NCBI GenBank assembly: GCA_963828525.1
Contig: CAWHEP010000009.1
Span: 128,001-192,000 of the forward strand
Direction of reading: 5' to 3'
From: an uncultured Verrucomicrobiae bacterium
GTDB lineage: Bacteria > Verrucomicrobiota > Verrucomicrobiia > Chthoniobacterales > Chthoniobacteraceae
DNA: 64,000 nt
Shown: piece by piece, positions 41,330 through 52,425 of the stretch
How positions within the stretch are numbered: position 1 is the first letter of the stretch
Layout of the letters: every line of letters starts with the position of its first letter
Made by a program: the position numbers and the translations under genes
Notes under the pieces: generated by a model
What the model saw: only the letters and a program-made list of their open reading frames with translations
The model's database searches: none
What the model was told of the DNA's origin: nothing

Positions 41330-41692
41330 CTATTGAGAAGTGGCATCAAGTTCCTTTCCCAGTGAGTTACGCGCGGAAGCCCACTCGTTGACAGGGTTGC
41401 CCCCAAGGATGTGCTCCTCAAAAATCCGGTCAAACCTCGTGGCAGTGACTTTGCCGTACCAGATTCCCTCCGGATAAATCACGATCCAGGGGCCTCCCGA
41501 GCAAATTCTGAAACAGGCCGCTTTCGTCCTCATCATCTTTACAGAGCAGTGCTTCAAGCATGCCTTGATGTGCTGCCAGAGCGCCTCACCGTCCCGGGAA
41601 CTACAGCAATCCGGCCCGATGCAGACAAAAAGATGCTTTTCAGCGTCCGCGACGCCGGCCTTTGCCAGTCCTTCGGAAACACTGTGGCTCAT
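41330..41692 (-). CDS. thioredoxin-like [2Fe-2S] ferredoxin
   Basis: HLFVCIGPDCC, ACFRIC.GGP.IVIYPEGIWY, EEHILGG. Confidence 0.88.
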   Translation of the reverse strand: MSHSVSEGLAKAGVADAEKHLFVCIGPDCCSSRDGEALWQHIKACLKHCSVKMMRTKAACFRICSGGPWIVIYPEGIWYGKVTATRFDRIFEEHILGGNPVNEWASARNSLGKELDATSQ

Positions 41693-41759
41693 TCGCGCCT
41701 TGTCATTTCTCTTATGATGGGAATGTTAGTGCCTCCCAAATCCTGAGAAAGATACAGCA

Positions 41760-42206
41760 ATGGCCAAGAAACTCCTCTTTATTTGCACAGGAAACTACTA
41801 TCGGAGCCGGTTCGCGGAAGCGGTATTCAACCACAAAGCGGAAGAAACGGGACTGGGATGGAAGGCCTTCTCACGAGGGCTCGCGATCCACTACGTGCCG
41901 GAGGGAGACCTCTCCGAGCATACCGCGGCGGCACTGGAGTCGCGGGGTATCCATGTCCGCCACACCGGCCCAATCCGCGTGCAACTCTCCGAGGCGGATC
42001 TGCGGGAAGCCAGCCTGGTCATCGCGTTAAAGGACGATGAACACCGCCCAATGGTGCGCGAGATGTTCCCGGCGTGGGAAAGCAAAATTGTCTTCTGGGA
42101 TGTGTCGGACATGCCACACATCTGGCCGGAGGAAGCTCTACCCGTGATCCAAAAGCGGGTCGAGGAACTTGTCCGCGAGCTTGCGAAGCCGGTGTCGGGC
42201 GGCTAG
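41760..42206 (+). CDS. low-molecular-weight protein tyrosine phosphatase family protein
   Basis: LFICTGNYYRSRFAE P-loop. Confidence 0.85.
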   Translation: MAKKLLFICTGNYYRSRFAEAVFNHKAEETGLGWKAFSRGLAIHYVPEGDLSEHTAAALESRGIHVRHTGPIRVQLSEADLREASLVIALKDDEHRPMVREMFPAWESKIVFWDVSDMPHIWPEEALPVIQKRVEELVRELAKPVSGG

Positions 42207-42210
42207 CCGG

Positions 42211-43764
42211 CTAGGGCGCGCCGCCATCGATCGTCGGGCGCTTCGCCGGCGCCTTCGCCAGCACCCGGTTCACGGCATTAAGATAGGCGCGGGCGCTGGC
42301 CTCAATGACATCGGTGCTCGCTCCTTTTCCTGTCACGAGCATCCCGTCTCCGAAATCACATTTTATCGTCACTTCGCCCAATGCGTCCTTACCCTGAGTG
42401 ACAGCCTGGACGTTATATTCCACAAGATGCCCCTTCTGATCCAGGATGCGATCTATGGCCTTCATCGCCGCGTCCACCGCGCCATTCCCGGGGGATGAGT
42501 CCTGAAGAAAGTCGGCGCCACGCTTCAGGCGAACGGTCGCGGTTGGGATGGTAGTGCTGCCGCTCGCGACATGGATGTAATCGAGGATGTGCGTTTCCTG
42601 AGTCTCAAGGATGGAGTCATCCACCAGCACCGAGAGATCATCATCATAAACAAACTTCTTTTTGTCACCGATCTCCTTAAAGCGTTTGAACACGCTTTCG
42701 AGTTCTCCTTCTTCGAGCTTGTAGCCAAGATGCTCCAGGCGTTTCACCATCGCGTGGCGTCCGCTGTGTTTTGTAAGCGGCAGTTCCGTTTCACCCCACC
42801 CTACCTCCCGGGGGTCCATGATCTCGTATGTCTCCCTTTTTTTGAGGATGCCATCCTGATGGATTCCTGAGCTGTGCGCGAAGGCATTTTCCCCCACGAT
42901 GGCCTTGCTGCGCTGCACCATGAGACCGCTCATGCGCGCGATAAGGCGTGACGACTTCACAATTTCGCGCGTTTGCGCCCCGGTGTGAACATTCGCAAAG
43001 AAGTCGCCCCGTGTCTTAATAGCCATGATGACCTCCTCCAGAGCGGCGTTCCCGGCGCGCTCGCCGATCCCGTTGATGGTCCCTTCAACCTGCCTGGCTC
43101 CCGCGCGCACGGCGGCCAGCGAATTTGCGACTGCCAGCCCCAAGTCGTTGTGGCAGTGAACGCTAATGATCGCCTCATGGATATTGGGGACGTTGTCCAT
43201 CAGAAAACGAATGAGAGACGCGTACTGATCGGGGACGGCGAACCCGACTGTGTCCGGGATGTTCACGGTAGTCGCGCCCGCTTCAATGACCGCCTGGGTC
43301 AATTTCGCCAGGAATTCCGGCTCGGTTCGCGTCGCGTCCATGGGCGAAAACTCGACGTCCTTCACGAGAGCTTTCGCTCGCCGGACACAATCGACCGCCA
43401 TCGGGATGATGTGGGCCTCGGTCTTCTTCAACTGATGCTCGATCTGGATCCTGGACGTTGAGATGAATGTGTGAATGCGGCCACGCTCGCCCGCGGCTTT
43501 CACCGCGGCGCCAGCGGCGTCGATGTCCTTTGGGATGCAACGAGCAAGTCCGCAGATGATCGGCCCCTTGATCTCCTCCGCGATCTTGCTGACCGCCTCA
43601 AAGTCGCCATCGCTCGTGATGGGGAACCCCGCCTCTATGACATCCACCTCGAGCCGCGCAAGCTGCCGCGCGACTTCCATCTTTTCGCGCAGGTTCATGG
43701 AAGCCCCAGGGCACTGCTCGCCATCGCGCAGTGTGGTGTCGAAAATGAGAACTTTGTCGGACAT
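42211..43764 (-). CDS. leuA: 2-isopropylmalate synthase
   Basis: [35 protein letters not shown]-terminal regulatory domain. Confidence 0.96.
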   Translation of the reverse strand: MSDKVLIFDTTLRDGEQCPGASMNLREKMEVARQLARLEVDVIEAGFPITSDGDFEAVSKIAEEIKGPIICGLARCIPKDIDAAGAAVKAAGERGRIHTFISTSRIQIEHQLKKTEAHIIPMAVDCVRRAKALVKDVEFSPMDATRTEPEFLAKLTQAVIEAGATTVNIPDTVGFAVPDQYASLIRFLMDNVPNIHEAIISVHCHNDLGLAVANSLAAVRAGARQVEGTINGIGERAGNAALEEVIMAIKTRGDFFANVHTGAQTREIVKSSRLIARMSGLMVQRSKAIVGENAFAHSSGIHQDGILKKRETYEIMDPREVGWGETELPLTKHSGRHAMVKRLEHLGYKLEEGELESVFKRFKEIGDKKKFVYDDDLSVLVDDSILETQETHILDYIHVASGSTTIPTATVRLKRGADFLQDSSPGNGAVDAAMKAIDRILDQKGHLVEYNVQAVTQGKDALGEVTIKCDFGDGMLVTGKGASTDVIEASARAYLNAVNRVLAKAPAKRPTIDGGAP

Positions 43765-43780
43765 GGATGTTTACTCGGTA

Positions 43781-43812
43781 GGTGGAGGGTTTAAGAGGCT
43801 GTCGCCTCCACC
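43781..43812 (-). promoter_or_regulatory. hairpin(s) in leuA leader, candidate attenuation structure
   Basis: GGTGGAGG/CCTCCACC inverted repeat overlapping an alternative GAGGC-GACA-GCCTC stem; no U-tract follows. Confidence 0.5.
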
Positions 43813-43833
43813 GGAGCAAGACGGCCGAACCAA

Positions 43834-43914
43834 CTAGAGATTGATCAGGAGCACGAGGTCACCCTTGAGGAGAGGCCCCGTCGAGGATTGGCCGCTGGAG
43901 AGTTGTTCGCGCAT
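43834..43914 (-). CDS. putative leuA leader peptide (26 aa, 7 Leu)
   Basis: MREQLSSGQSSTGPLLKGDLVLLINL*; preceded by TTGAAT-17-TAGCCT; ends 69 nt upstream of leuA ATG. Confidence 0.7.
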   Translation of the reverse strand: MREQLSSGQSSTGPLLKGDLVLLINL

Positions 43915-44060
43915 GAGGTGAAAAGGCTATGCGCTGGAAGCGAGAGATTCAACTACTTTTTTGATCCGGAATCGGATACAACGCTTCAAACATCCTCCCT
44001 CGATCTCGCAGCGCGAGGAAAAAGGGAGGCAGGACAGAAGCTCAGCCAAACCCCAAAAAT

Positions 44061-45164
44061 ATGAAAGCAGTCGCCGCATTCCCCGCCAGCCGTGAAGTCA
44101 AAATCATCGACCATCCCGAGCCGATGATCAAAGCGCCGACGGACGTGAAGCTCCGCATCCTGGAGGTGGGCATCTGCGGAACGGACAAGGAAATCTGCCA
44201 CTTCGATTACGGCACGCCGCCCCCCGGGTCCGATTACCTGGTTCTGGGCCACGAGTCGCTGGGAGAAGTAGTGGAAGTGGGAGCGGAGGTCGGGAGCCTG
44301 AAACCTGGCGATCTGGTTGTCACGATGGTGCGGCGCCCTTGCGATGACCCCGCCTGTTTTGCCTGTCAGGCCGGAAGACAAGACTTTTGCTATACAGGCG
44401 GGTTCCGGGAGCGAGGGATAAAGGAGCTGCATGGGTTTATGACGGAGCTGGTGGTGGATGACGTTAGATACATGAACCCGGTGCCTTCAGACCTGCGGGA
44501 TGTGGCGGTTCTTACCGAACCGCTGACGATAGCGGAGAAGGCCATCAGCGAAGTATGGCAGGTGCAACGCCGCCTGCCGTGGGGAGTCCAGCCCGGCGGA
44601 GTCGGATCCTCTTACGCGCATACTGCGGTCGTTCTGGGAGCAGGACCCGTCGGCTTGCTTGGAGCGATGGCCCTGCTAACCGCCGGATTCAAGACGTACG
44701 TGTATTCCCGGGGCTCCAAGACACAGCAGGACTTTGTCTCCTCCATTGGCGCGATCTATGTCGGGGCTGAGAATGCCACCATCCCACAGCTAGCGGAGCA
44801 AGTTGGGAACATCGACCTTGTTTACGAAGCCACGGGTGCCTCGAAGTTCGCGTTCGACACTTTGCAGGTGCTCGGAACGAATGGTGTCTTCATCTTCACA
44901 GGAGTGCCTGGACGCCGAGGTCCTGTGGAGGTCGATACGGACCTGATTATGCGGAATCTGGTCCTAAAGAACCAGGTTATATACGGCTCGGTCAACGCGG
45001 GCAAAGCAGCATACGGAGACGCGATCCAGGATCTCGCCAGGTTTAAGGAGCGGTGGCCGGAGGCAACGCGGAATCTCATCACCGGACGTTACAAGATGGA
45101 GAGCTTCACCGACCTGCTCCTCGGGCAACCCGCTGGCATAAAAAACGTTCTGGCAATCTCGTAA
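44061..45164 (+). CDS. Zn-dependent glucose 1-dehydrogenase (MDR family)
   Basis: VGICGTD, LGHESLG, VRRPC..C..C...DFC, ERGI..HGFM, GAGPVG, GSVNA. Confidence 0.85.
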   Translation: MKAVAAFPASREVKIIDHPEPMIKAPTDVKLRILEVGICGTDKEICHFDYGTPPPGSDYLVLGHESLGEVVEVGAEVGSLKPGDLVVTMVRRPCDDPACFACQAGRQDFCYTGGFRERGIKELHGFMTELVVDDVRYMNPVPSDLRDVAVLTEPLTIAEKAISEVWQVQRRLPWGVQPGGVGSSYAHTAVVLGAGPVGLLGAMALLTAGFKTYVYSRGSKTQQDFVSSIGAIYVGAENATIPQLAEQVGNIDLVYEATGASKFAFDTLQVLGTNGVFIFTGVPGRRGPVEVDTDLIMRNLVLKNQVIYGSVNAGKAAYGDAIQDLARFKERWPEATRNLITGRYKMESFTDLLLGQPAGIKNVLAIS

Positions 45165-45178
45165 TCCGGGACTGGCAT

Positions 45179-47838
45179 ATGGTCACGGAAGAACCTGTCG
45201 AGATTTCCCGGCTGCGGGAGGACGCGGAGCGGACTAAAAACTGGAAGCGGTGGGGACCGTACCTTTCCGAACGCCAATGGGGAACAGTGCGGGAAGATTA
45301 TTCCGCAGACGGCAACTGCTGGGCGTCCTTCACGCATGATCAGGCTCGCAGCCGGGCCTACCGATGGGGCGAGGATGGGTTGCTGGGTATTTCGGATCGG
45401 GAATGCAGGCTTTGCTTCTCACTCGCTCTGTGGAACGGCAAGGATCCGATCCTGAAGGAGCGGCTTTTCGGCCTTTCCAATCCTGAAGGGAACCACGGCG
45501 AGGATGTAAAGGAGTGTTACTACTATATTGACTCGACGCCGAGTCATTCCTACTCCAAGGGACTTTATAAATACCCGCAGGCTGCTTTTCCCTACTCGGA
45601 TCTTCTGGATGAGAACCGCAGACGGGGCATCAATGAACGGGAGTATGAACTGCTGGATACGGGTGTCTTTGAAGGCAACCGGTATTTTGACATCTTTGTC
45701 GAGTACGCGAAGGCGGGACCGGACGACATTCTGATCCGGATCACTGCCGCAAATCGCGGTAATGAGGCAGCCATCCTGCACCTACTGCCGACGCTCTGGT
45801 TCCGAAATACCTGGAGTTGGGGCGCCAATGAAGATACTGGCCAAAAACCCCGCATAGAGCTTAACGGGAAGGACGCGCTGCGGGCTGTCCATCATTCGCT
45901 GGGTGAGTTCCAACTCTCGGTGGACACACGCGACGCCGAGTTCCTGTTTACCGAGAATGAAACGAACGTCGAGAAGCTGTATGGCAGCCCGGTGTCTCCC
46001 CGCTATGCAAAGGACGCGTTTCACGAGTACGTAGTTGAGGGGCGACAGGAGGCGGTAAATCCCGGCAAGTTCGGCACCAAGGCCGCGGCGCACTGCCGCT
46101 TCGAAGTAGCGGCTTCTTCATCGGTAACGTTAAACCTCCGGCTTTCCAGCGTTCCGGCGGCTGAACAGAATATTTTCGGCGATTCATTCGACGAGGTCTT
46201 CACGGCGCGCATCCGTGAGGCGGATGATTTCTATGCCAGCAAAATCCCCGCAGGATGCACGCCTGAGCAAAAACAGGTTGTACGCCAGGCCTATGCAGGC
46301 CTGCTGTGGTCGAAACAGTTCTACCATTACGTCGTCAAAGAGTGGCTCGCGGGAGATCCCGGCCAGCCGACTCCACCATTGGGCCATACGCTATCGCGGA
46401 ACACGGACTGGACCCATCTCTTCAACAGCGACATCATCTCGATGCCGGACAAGTGGGAATATCCGTGGTACGCGGCGTGGGATCTTGCCTTCCACATGAT
46501 TCCGTTTTCGCGGATCGATCCGGACTTCGCCAAGTCTCAACTGATCCTCTTCCTGCGGGAGTGGTACATGCACCCGAACGGACAGATACCCGCGTACGAG
46601 TATGGGTTTTCGGATGTGAACCCGCCGGTACATGCCTGGGCTTCCTGGCGCGCTTACAAGATCAGCGCTCCGCAAGGGAGCCGGGACACGCTGTTCCTGG
46701 AAAGAACCTTTCAGAAGCTGCTCATCAACTTTACCTGGTGGGTGAATCGAAAGGATGTGAAGGGCAAACACATCTTCTCAGGCGGCTTCCTCGGCCTGGA
46801 TAATATCGGCATTTTCGACCGGTCGAGGCCGCTGCCTTCCGGGCAATATCTGGAGCAGGCAGATGGCACTGCCTGGATGGCATTCTATTGCGGCACCATG
46901 CTTTCGATGGCGCTGGAACTGGCGCAGACAAACTCCGCGTACGAGGATGTCGCATCCAAGTTTTTTGAACATTTCGTCGAGATCGTGGATGCCATGAATG
47001 CTTTAGGTGGCGAAGGGCTCTGGAACGAGGAAGATGGTTTTTACTATGATCAGATGCTGATCGATGATCAGCACATTCCTCTCAGGATTCGCTCGATTGT
47101 CGGCGTGATTCCGCTGCTCGCGGTCGAGATCCTGGAAGAAGAATTCATTGAGAAACTCCCCGGATTCTCGAAAAGAATGCGTTGGTTCCTTGATAACAGA
47201 AAGGACCTGGCGGCTCACATCTCGTATATGGAGAAGTCCGGCAGCAACTCGCATGGCCACAGGCTTTTGGCGATCCCATCGCGAGAGCGGTTGATCCGGG
47301 TGCTTGGATATGTGCTGGATGAGAATGAATTCTTCTCGCCGTATGGGCTCCGGGCGCTCTCGCGAGTGTATAAGGACAAACCGTACTGCATAAACCTGGC
47401 GGGATCTGAGTACAATGTCCGGTATGAACCCGCGGAGTCGCGCAGCGGACTCTTCGGGGAAACTCCAACTGGCGCGGACCTGTCTGGTTTCCGCTGAACT
47501 ACCTTTTCGTGGAAGCGATGGAACGCTACCACCACTACTACGGGGATACTTTACAGGTGGAATGTCCAACCGGCTCGGGAAATATGATGAACCTCGGGCA
47601 GGTCGCGCGGGAGATCAGCCGCCGCCTGGGTTCCATCTTCCTGCCTGACGCCGAAGGGCGCCGGCCGTGCAATGGCGAAGAGACGCGCTACGCCACGGAT
47701 ACGAACTGGAAAGACCTGGTCCTTTTCAACGAGTATTTCCACGGGGATACGGGACGCGGCCTAGGGGCAAGCCACCAGACTGGATGGACTTCCGTTGTGA
47801 CCCGGTGCCTTGGCATGATGGGTCGCGTATCCGAGTAG
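45179..47838 (+). CDS. GH63/MGH1-like alpha-glucosidase (frameshift near 47458)
   Basis: WGPYLSERQWGTVREDYS, MPDKWEYPWYAAWDLAFH, GLFGGNSNWRGP restored across shift, EYFHGDTGRGLGASHQTGWT. Confidence 0.88.
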
Positions 47839-47845
47839 GAGCTGC

Positions 47846-49028
47846 TCAGGTTCTCAGGCCCAGGAGTCGTAGCGACTCGATGAATGTGTTCGCGGAAGCG
47901 GTGATCTCGAACCGCTTCTGGAAACACGCGCACGCTTCGTCACGCATGGCCTGTTTTTGACCGGCATCCATATCGCACCAGCGGTGTAAAAGGATCTCGG
48001 TTCCGGCCACATCGTCCGATTCCACGAGTCCGGCGCCATGCATCGATATCTCGCGCCATATATTCACCTTGTTGCTGATTAAAACGGGAACGCAGCAACT
48101 CAAGGCTTCTGCGACTGCTATGCCAAAGTTTTCCTGGTGGGAAGGCAGGACAAATACCTCCGCATTCCGAAAGGCGCCCCACTTCATCTCTCCACGCAGC
48201 ATGCCCGTCCAGACAACCTTGTCGGCAATCCCCAGCGTGTCCGCCAGTTGCTTCAAATGGCGCAGATGGGGATTGGAAGAATCCTCAGGCCCCGCCATGA
48301 CGAGCCGTATGTCGCCGGCAGATGGGTCGTTGGTAGTCCGCAGAAATTTATGAAACGCGGACATCAAGATGTCAGCGCCTTTTTTCTCGTGAAACCGCCC
48401 CAGAAAGAGGAAACAGCGTTTGCCGGCCAGAGCGGGGAACGCGTCGAGAAAAAGCTGGCGCTGCGCTTCCTTGTCGCCCGTGGGCGCCGCGGTGCCATAG
48501 TTCATGACGATCTCGTCGCATTTGTAGAGCCAGAAGGTGCGCCTGGCGAGACGCCTCTCCTCTTCACATGTGAAGAACACGGCAAGGGCATCCCTTAAGA
48601 CGCGGTATTCAGCCCAAGGCCAGTAGAGCCACTTCTTGAGATGCTTCAGGGGGTAATGCCGCTTAAACCATGGATCAAGCATGCCATGCGGAAAGACGCA
48701 GTATGGAGTGGTGCTTTATGTTAAGAATGTCCCAAATGCAGAACCCTCCGTATTTCCAGAGACCATTCACCACAACAACATCGTACTCGCGCCGATGAGC
48801 CTTTACCCACGGCTTGAGTCGGCGCGTATATCCATAGCTCCCAAAGCCCGGCCCAAGCGCGTGAATAGGGATAGGAAAATCCTTTACCCAGGGGGCGGCG
48901 GGGGAATCAACGGTTACGACTTCGACAGAATGGCCCGAGACCCTGTTAACAGCGGAGAGCTGCTTGACGCCCTCGATTGGTCCACCCCCGGTGGGATTAG
49001 CCGAATGGATGACGTGGAGGATTTTCAA
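47846..49028 (-). CDS. GT4 family glycosyltransferase (frameshift near 48720)
   Basis: MKILHVI...GGP; TPYCVFPHGMLDPWF; FLGRFHEKKG; PSHQENFGIAVAEAL. Confidence 0.88.
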
Positions 49029-49061
49029 CTAAATGTGCCTATTGGCAAGTAAAACGCAGTG

Positions 49062-49847
49062 TTACACGGCCGCCGAACGTTGTTTCTTTCTTTCGACAAA
49101 GAAGGCCAGCCAGATGCATACCTCATATAGAAGGCACATCGGTATGGCAAGCGATAGGAAGGTAAGCGGATCGGGCGTGGGCGCTATGACCGCGGCAAAC
49201 ACCATGATGATCACTATTGCGTAGGCGCGTGTGCGCTTGAGGAAAGTGGTGGTGAAAACGCCAATATAGACAAGAACAAGGATAGCTACCGGAAGTTCAA
49301 AGGCGAGGCCGAAGGAAAGAGTGATCTGGGTTACAAAAGAAAAGTAATCACGAACAGTCCACCCCGGCGTCCAGCCTTGCTTGAGCGTATCTTTGAAGAA
49401 GAAAGCCAGTGTCTGTGGGAGCACGACATAATAGCAAAACGAAACGCCCGTGAGGAATAGAGTAAAACCTATGGCTATAGCGGGCAGGACATACTTTTTC
49501 TCTTTCGGAGTAAGGGCGGGCAGCACGAACTCCGCCAGAAAGAAAAGCAGCAGCGGGAAGGAGAGCACCAAGCCCGCGTAAAAGGCGAGCTGGAAGGAGA
49601 TCATGATTGAATCCGTGACACCCAGCGTTCGGAGACTTGAGATCGCCCGCGCGTCAATTGCTTGCAGTGGCGCCTGGACTATGTGGACAAGGCGCGTTCG
49701 GAAAGCAAAGCAACTCATCATCGCGGCAACCAGGGTGACGGCCATCTTAAACAAGGTCCATCGCAGATCCTCCAGGTGATCCAGGAATGGCTTTACAGAA
49801 TCGGTTTCCGGATCTTCACGGAACTTGAATAGATACTTCAGAGCCAT
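49062..49847 (-). CDS. tatC: twin-arginine translocase subunit TatC
   Basis: FLDHLEDLR, FVLPALTPKEK, FGLAFELP, AAVIAPTPD, LYEVCI. Confidence 0.93.
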   Translation of the reverse strand: MALKYLFKFREDPETDSVKPFLDHLEDLRWTLFKMAVTLVAAMMSCFAFRTRLVHIVQAPLQAIDARAISSLRTLGVTDSIMISFQLAFYAGLVLSFPLLLFFLAEFVLPALTPKEKKYVLPAIAIGFTLFLTGVSFCYYVVLPQTLAFFFKDTLKQGWTPGWTVRDYFSFVTQITLSFGLAFELPVAILVLVYIGVFTTTFLKRTRAYAIVIIMVFAAVIAPTPDPLTFLSLAIPMCLLYEVCIWLAFFVERKKQRSAAV

Positions 49848-50461
49848 TGCAGACCTTGGTCGTCCGTAATTCGCAGCCTCGACACAAGACGCGCGTAAGT
49901 AGCCAGGGTATTCGCATCCTGGATCTCGTTGCTCGCTATCATGCCGCGGAACTCCGCGTGGGAGAAACATCGACACTCGATGATTGCCTCGGCTTCATCC
50001 GGCGAGCTGCCCCGCGGTGACGCGACGACAGGACGAGCCAGGAAAAGGTGGCTGTGCTCGTCCGTGAACCCCGGAGAGGAGAAGAAATGACCAAGCGGGA
50101 TTAACTCCCCTCCGGGCGCGAGTTCCCAGCCTGTCTCCTCCCGGAGCTCCCTGAGCGCTGAGCGCCGAATCGTGTCGTCATCATGCTCTGAGGTCTCATC
50201 GATCTGACCCGCGGGGAATTCCCAAAGCGCGGCGCGGACGGGGACGCGCTCCTGCCGGATCATGATGAACTCTCCGCGAGATGTGAGGGGAGCGACCACC
50301 GTCGCGCCTTTGCGATGGACCACAGTCCATTCGCACCCCTCGGGGCGAGAAGGGGTGCGAACCCGTGAAGAAAAAACCTGGAGGTAAGGATTGCCGAACT
50401 TCTGCTCATGGGAGACGGACTCCCAGCCCTCCCCAGGCTTGATAAAATCGTGAAAACTCAT
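49838..50461 (-). CDS. NUDIX hydrolase (ADP-ribose pyrophosphatase-like)
   Basis: EFPAGQID...ALRELREETG Nudix box; SPGFTDE. Confidence 0.88.
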   Translation of the reverse strand: MSFHDFIKPGEGWESVSHEQKFGNPYLQVFSSRVRTPSRPEGCEWTVVHRKGATVVAPLTSRGEFIMIRQERVPVRAALWEFPAGQIDETSEHDDDTIRRSALRELREETGWELAPGGELIPLGHFFSSPGFTDEHSHLFLARPVVASPRGSSPDEAEAIIECRCFSHAEFRGMIASNEIQDANTLATYARLVSRLRITDDQGLQWL

Positions 50462-51823
50462 TTTAGAACCATCCGCCATCGCTCAAGTTGCCAAATAACA
50501 TTGTCGAAGGAAGGTGAACCCACGGACGTTCGCGCCGAGATGGAAACATTTACATCAAGAATGGCAAAAAGATCCGGTTCGAACACCGGTGAAAGCGCTT
50601 TGTAAGCATCCAGCGGCAGTTCACGGAGAGTAACCCCCCTCTCGTTACAGAGCGCGACGGCCCTTCCAACAACCTGATGAGCCGAGCGAAAGGGAACTCC
50701 GCGCACAACGAGATAGTCCGCGAGATCCGTCGCCAATAGATTCGCGTCCCCGGCCAGCTCCGCCACGCGTTCTTTATTGACAGTCACCTGGACCAGCATC
50801 GCGGCAAAATCGACAGCGACCGCTTCACGGTGTCCACGGAGTCAAAGACAGGCTGCTTGTCCTCCTGCATGTCGCGATTGTATGTCATCGGCAGCCCCTT
50901 CATCGTCGTCAGCAGCGACAACAGATTGCCATACAACCTGCCCGTCTTGCCGCGCGTTAGCTCCGCCACGTCCGGGTTCTTTTTCTGAGGCATCAGGCTC
51001 GACCCTGTGGTGTAGGCGTCTCCAATTGTAATAAATCCAAATTCGCTCGATGCCCAAAGCACAAGATCCTCGCTGAGACGCGAAAGGTGCATCCCTATGA
51101 GAGCGCAGGCCGCGAGAAATTCGCATGCGAAATCGCGGTCGCTCACGGCATCCATGCTATTCTGGCTGATGCCTGCAAATCCGAGCCGGGCTGCAATGGC
51201 TGCGCGATCCAGATTGATGGTTGACCCGGCAATCGCCCCGGAACCGAGGGGCATGACGTCGGCGCGTTTCCAAGCGTCCTCGAGCCTTGCAAAATCCCTT
51301 TCCAACATCTCCACGTAAGCAAGGAGATGATGCGCGAAGAGCACGGGCTGAGCGCGTTGAAGGTGAGTGTATCCCGGGATAATAATGGTCTGATTGCGAG
51401 CGGCCAGATCGACAAACGCCCGCTGGAGAGTCCCGCGAGACAATTTTGGATCGACCGAATTTCGGCGCGGAGGTAGAGCCTTAGATCCAGCGCCACTTGG
51501 TCGTTACGGCTGCGCGCCGTATGAAGCTTCGCCCCAGCCTCGCCGACGCGCAGAGTGAGAGCCGCCTCGATATTCATGTGAATATCTTCAAGATTTGGGT
51601 TGAACTGAAACGCGCCGGTTTCGATATCCCGGCTGATATCGCGAAGGCCTTGCTCAATAAGCGCACACTCGTCCGCAGTGATGAGCCGCGCGTCGGCCAG
51701 GGCCTGCGCGTGCGCGATCGATCCCTCGATATCGTACGGATACAAACGCCAGTCGAACGAGATTGACTCGCTGAACTGCTTCAACTGCTCGGCCGTGTCC
51801 TCGCTAAACCGTCCGTGCCACAT
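50458..51823 (-). CDS. argH: argininosuccinate lyase (frameshifts near 51430 and 50805)
   Basis: [63 protein letters not shown] spread over three frames. Confidence 0.93.
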
Positions 51824-51859
51824 CGCTAGGAACATCGAGCCCCGCCGCGGGAGGCGGGA

Positions 51860-52327
51860 TCAATTGCATTTGTCGCGGTTCTTGCAGGCGCCACGATTCT
51901 TTAGCTGGTCGCATGTCGCCTCGATGCGGATGGTCTTCGTTGCCGCTGAGAAACCAAGCCGGGCGCTGATTTTGTCTTCGAGCCGCTCAATCCCCTCATC
52001 CTCAAACTCCACGATCTTGTCGCAGTCCACGCAGATAAGGTGATTATGATGCGGATGGTCGATAAAGTTCGGGTCGTAGAACTTGAACTCTTTTCCGAAA
52101 TCCATCTCCTTCAGCAGACCGCTTTCCACCAGCAGCGGCAGAGTTCGGTACACCGTGGCGCGGGAAACAGATTCCTCGATCTTCTTGGCAAAGCGCAGGA
52201 GGTCTTCCGCGGTGTAATGTTCAGTGGTGCTGAAGGCGGCCTCTATGATGGCATCGCGTTGCGCTGTTTTCCGCAAACCCTTCTTCTCAAGGAAGTCATA
52301 GATTTGCTTACGCACAACGGTGTCCAT
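51860..52327 (-). CDS. Fur family transcriptional regulator
   Basis: TAQRDAI, SRATVYRTL, HHNHLICVDC, C-terminal Cys. Confidence 0.92.
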   Translation of the reverse strand: MDTVVRKQIYDFLEKKGLRKTAQRDAIIEAAFSTTEHYTAEDLLRFAKKIEESVSRATVYRTLPLLVESGLLKEMDFGKEFKFYDPNFIDHPHHNHLICVDCDKIVEFEDEGIERLEDKISARLGFSAATKTIRIEATCDQLKNRGACKNRDKCN

Positions 52328-52336
52328 CGGTAACCG

Positions 52337-52364
52337 ACTATAGGATTTGCGGGGTTAGAGTCAA
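52337..52364 (-). promoter_or_regulatory. sigma70-type promoter of the fur-argH-nudix-tatC run
   Basis: TTGACT-16nt-TATAGT, 9 nt before the fur ATG. Confidence 0.55.
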
Positions 52365-52425
52365 CCAGCGGGGAAATGCCGCTTGTACGTTGACTTCATC
52401 CGCGCGCAGCCTTTGACTCACGGCG

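Noticed and set aside
50458..51835. argH, hflX and other split genes as pseudogenes or programmed frameshifts
   Set aside because: No consistent slippery-site architecture; scattered indels in conserved genes fit sequencing error better
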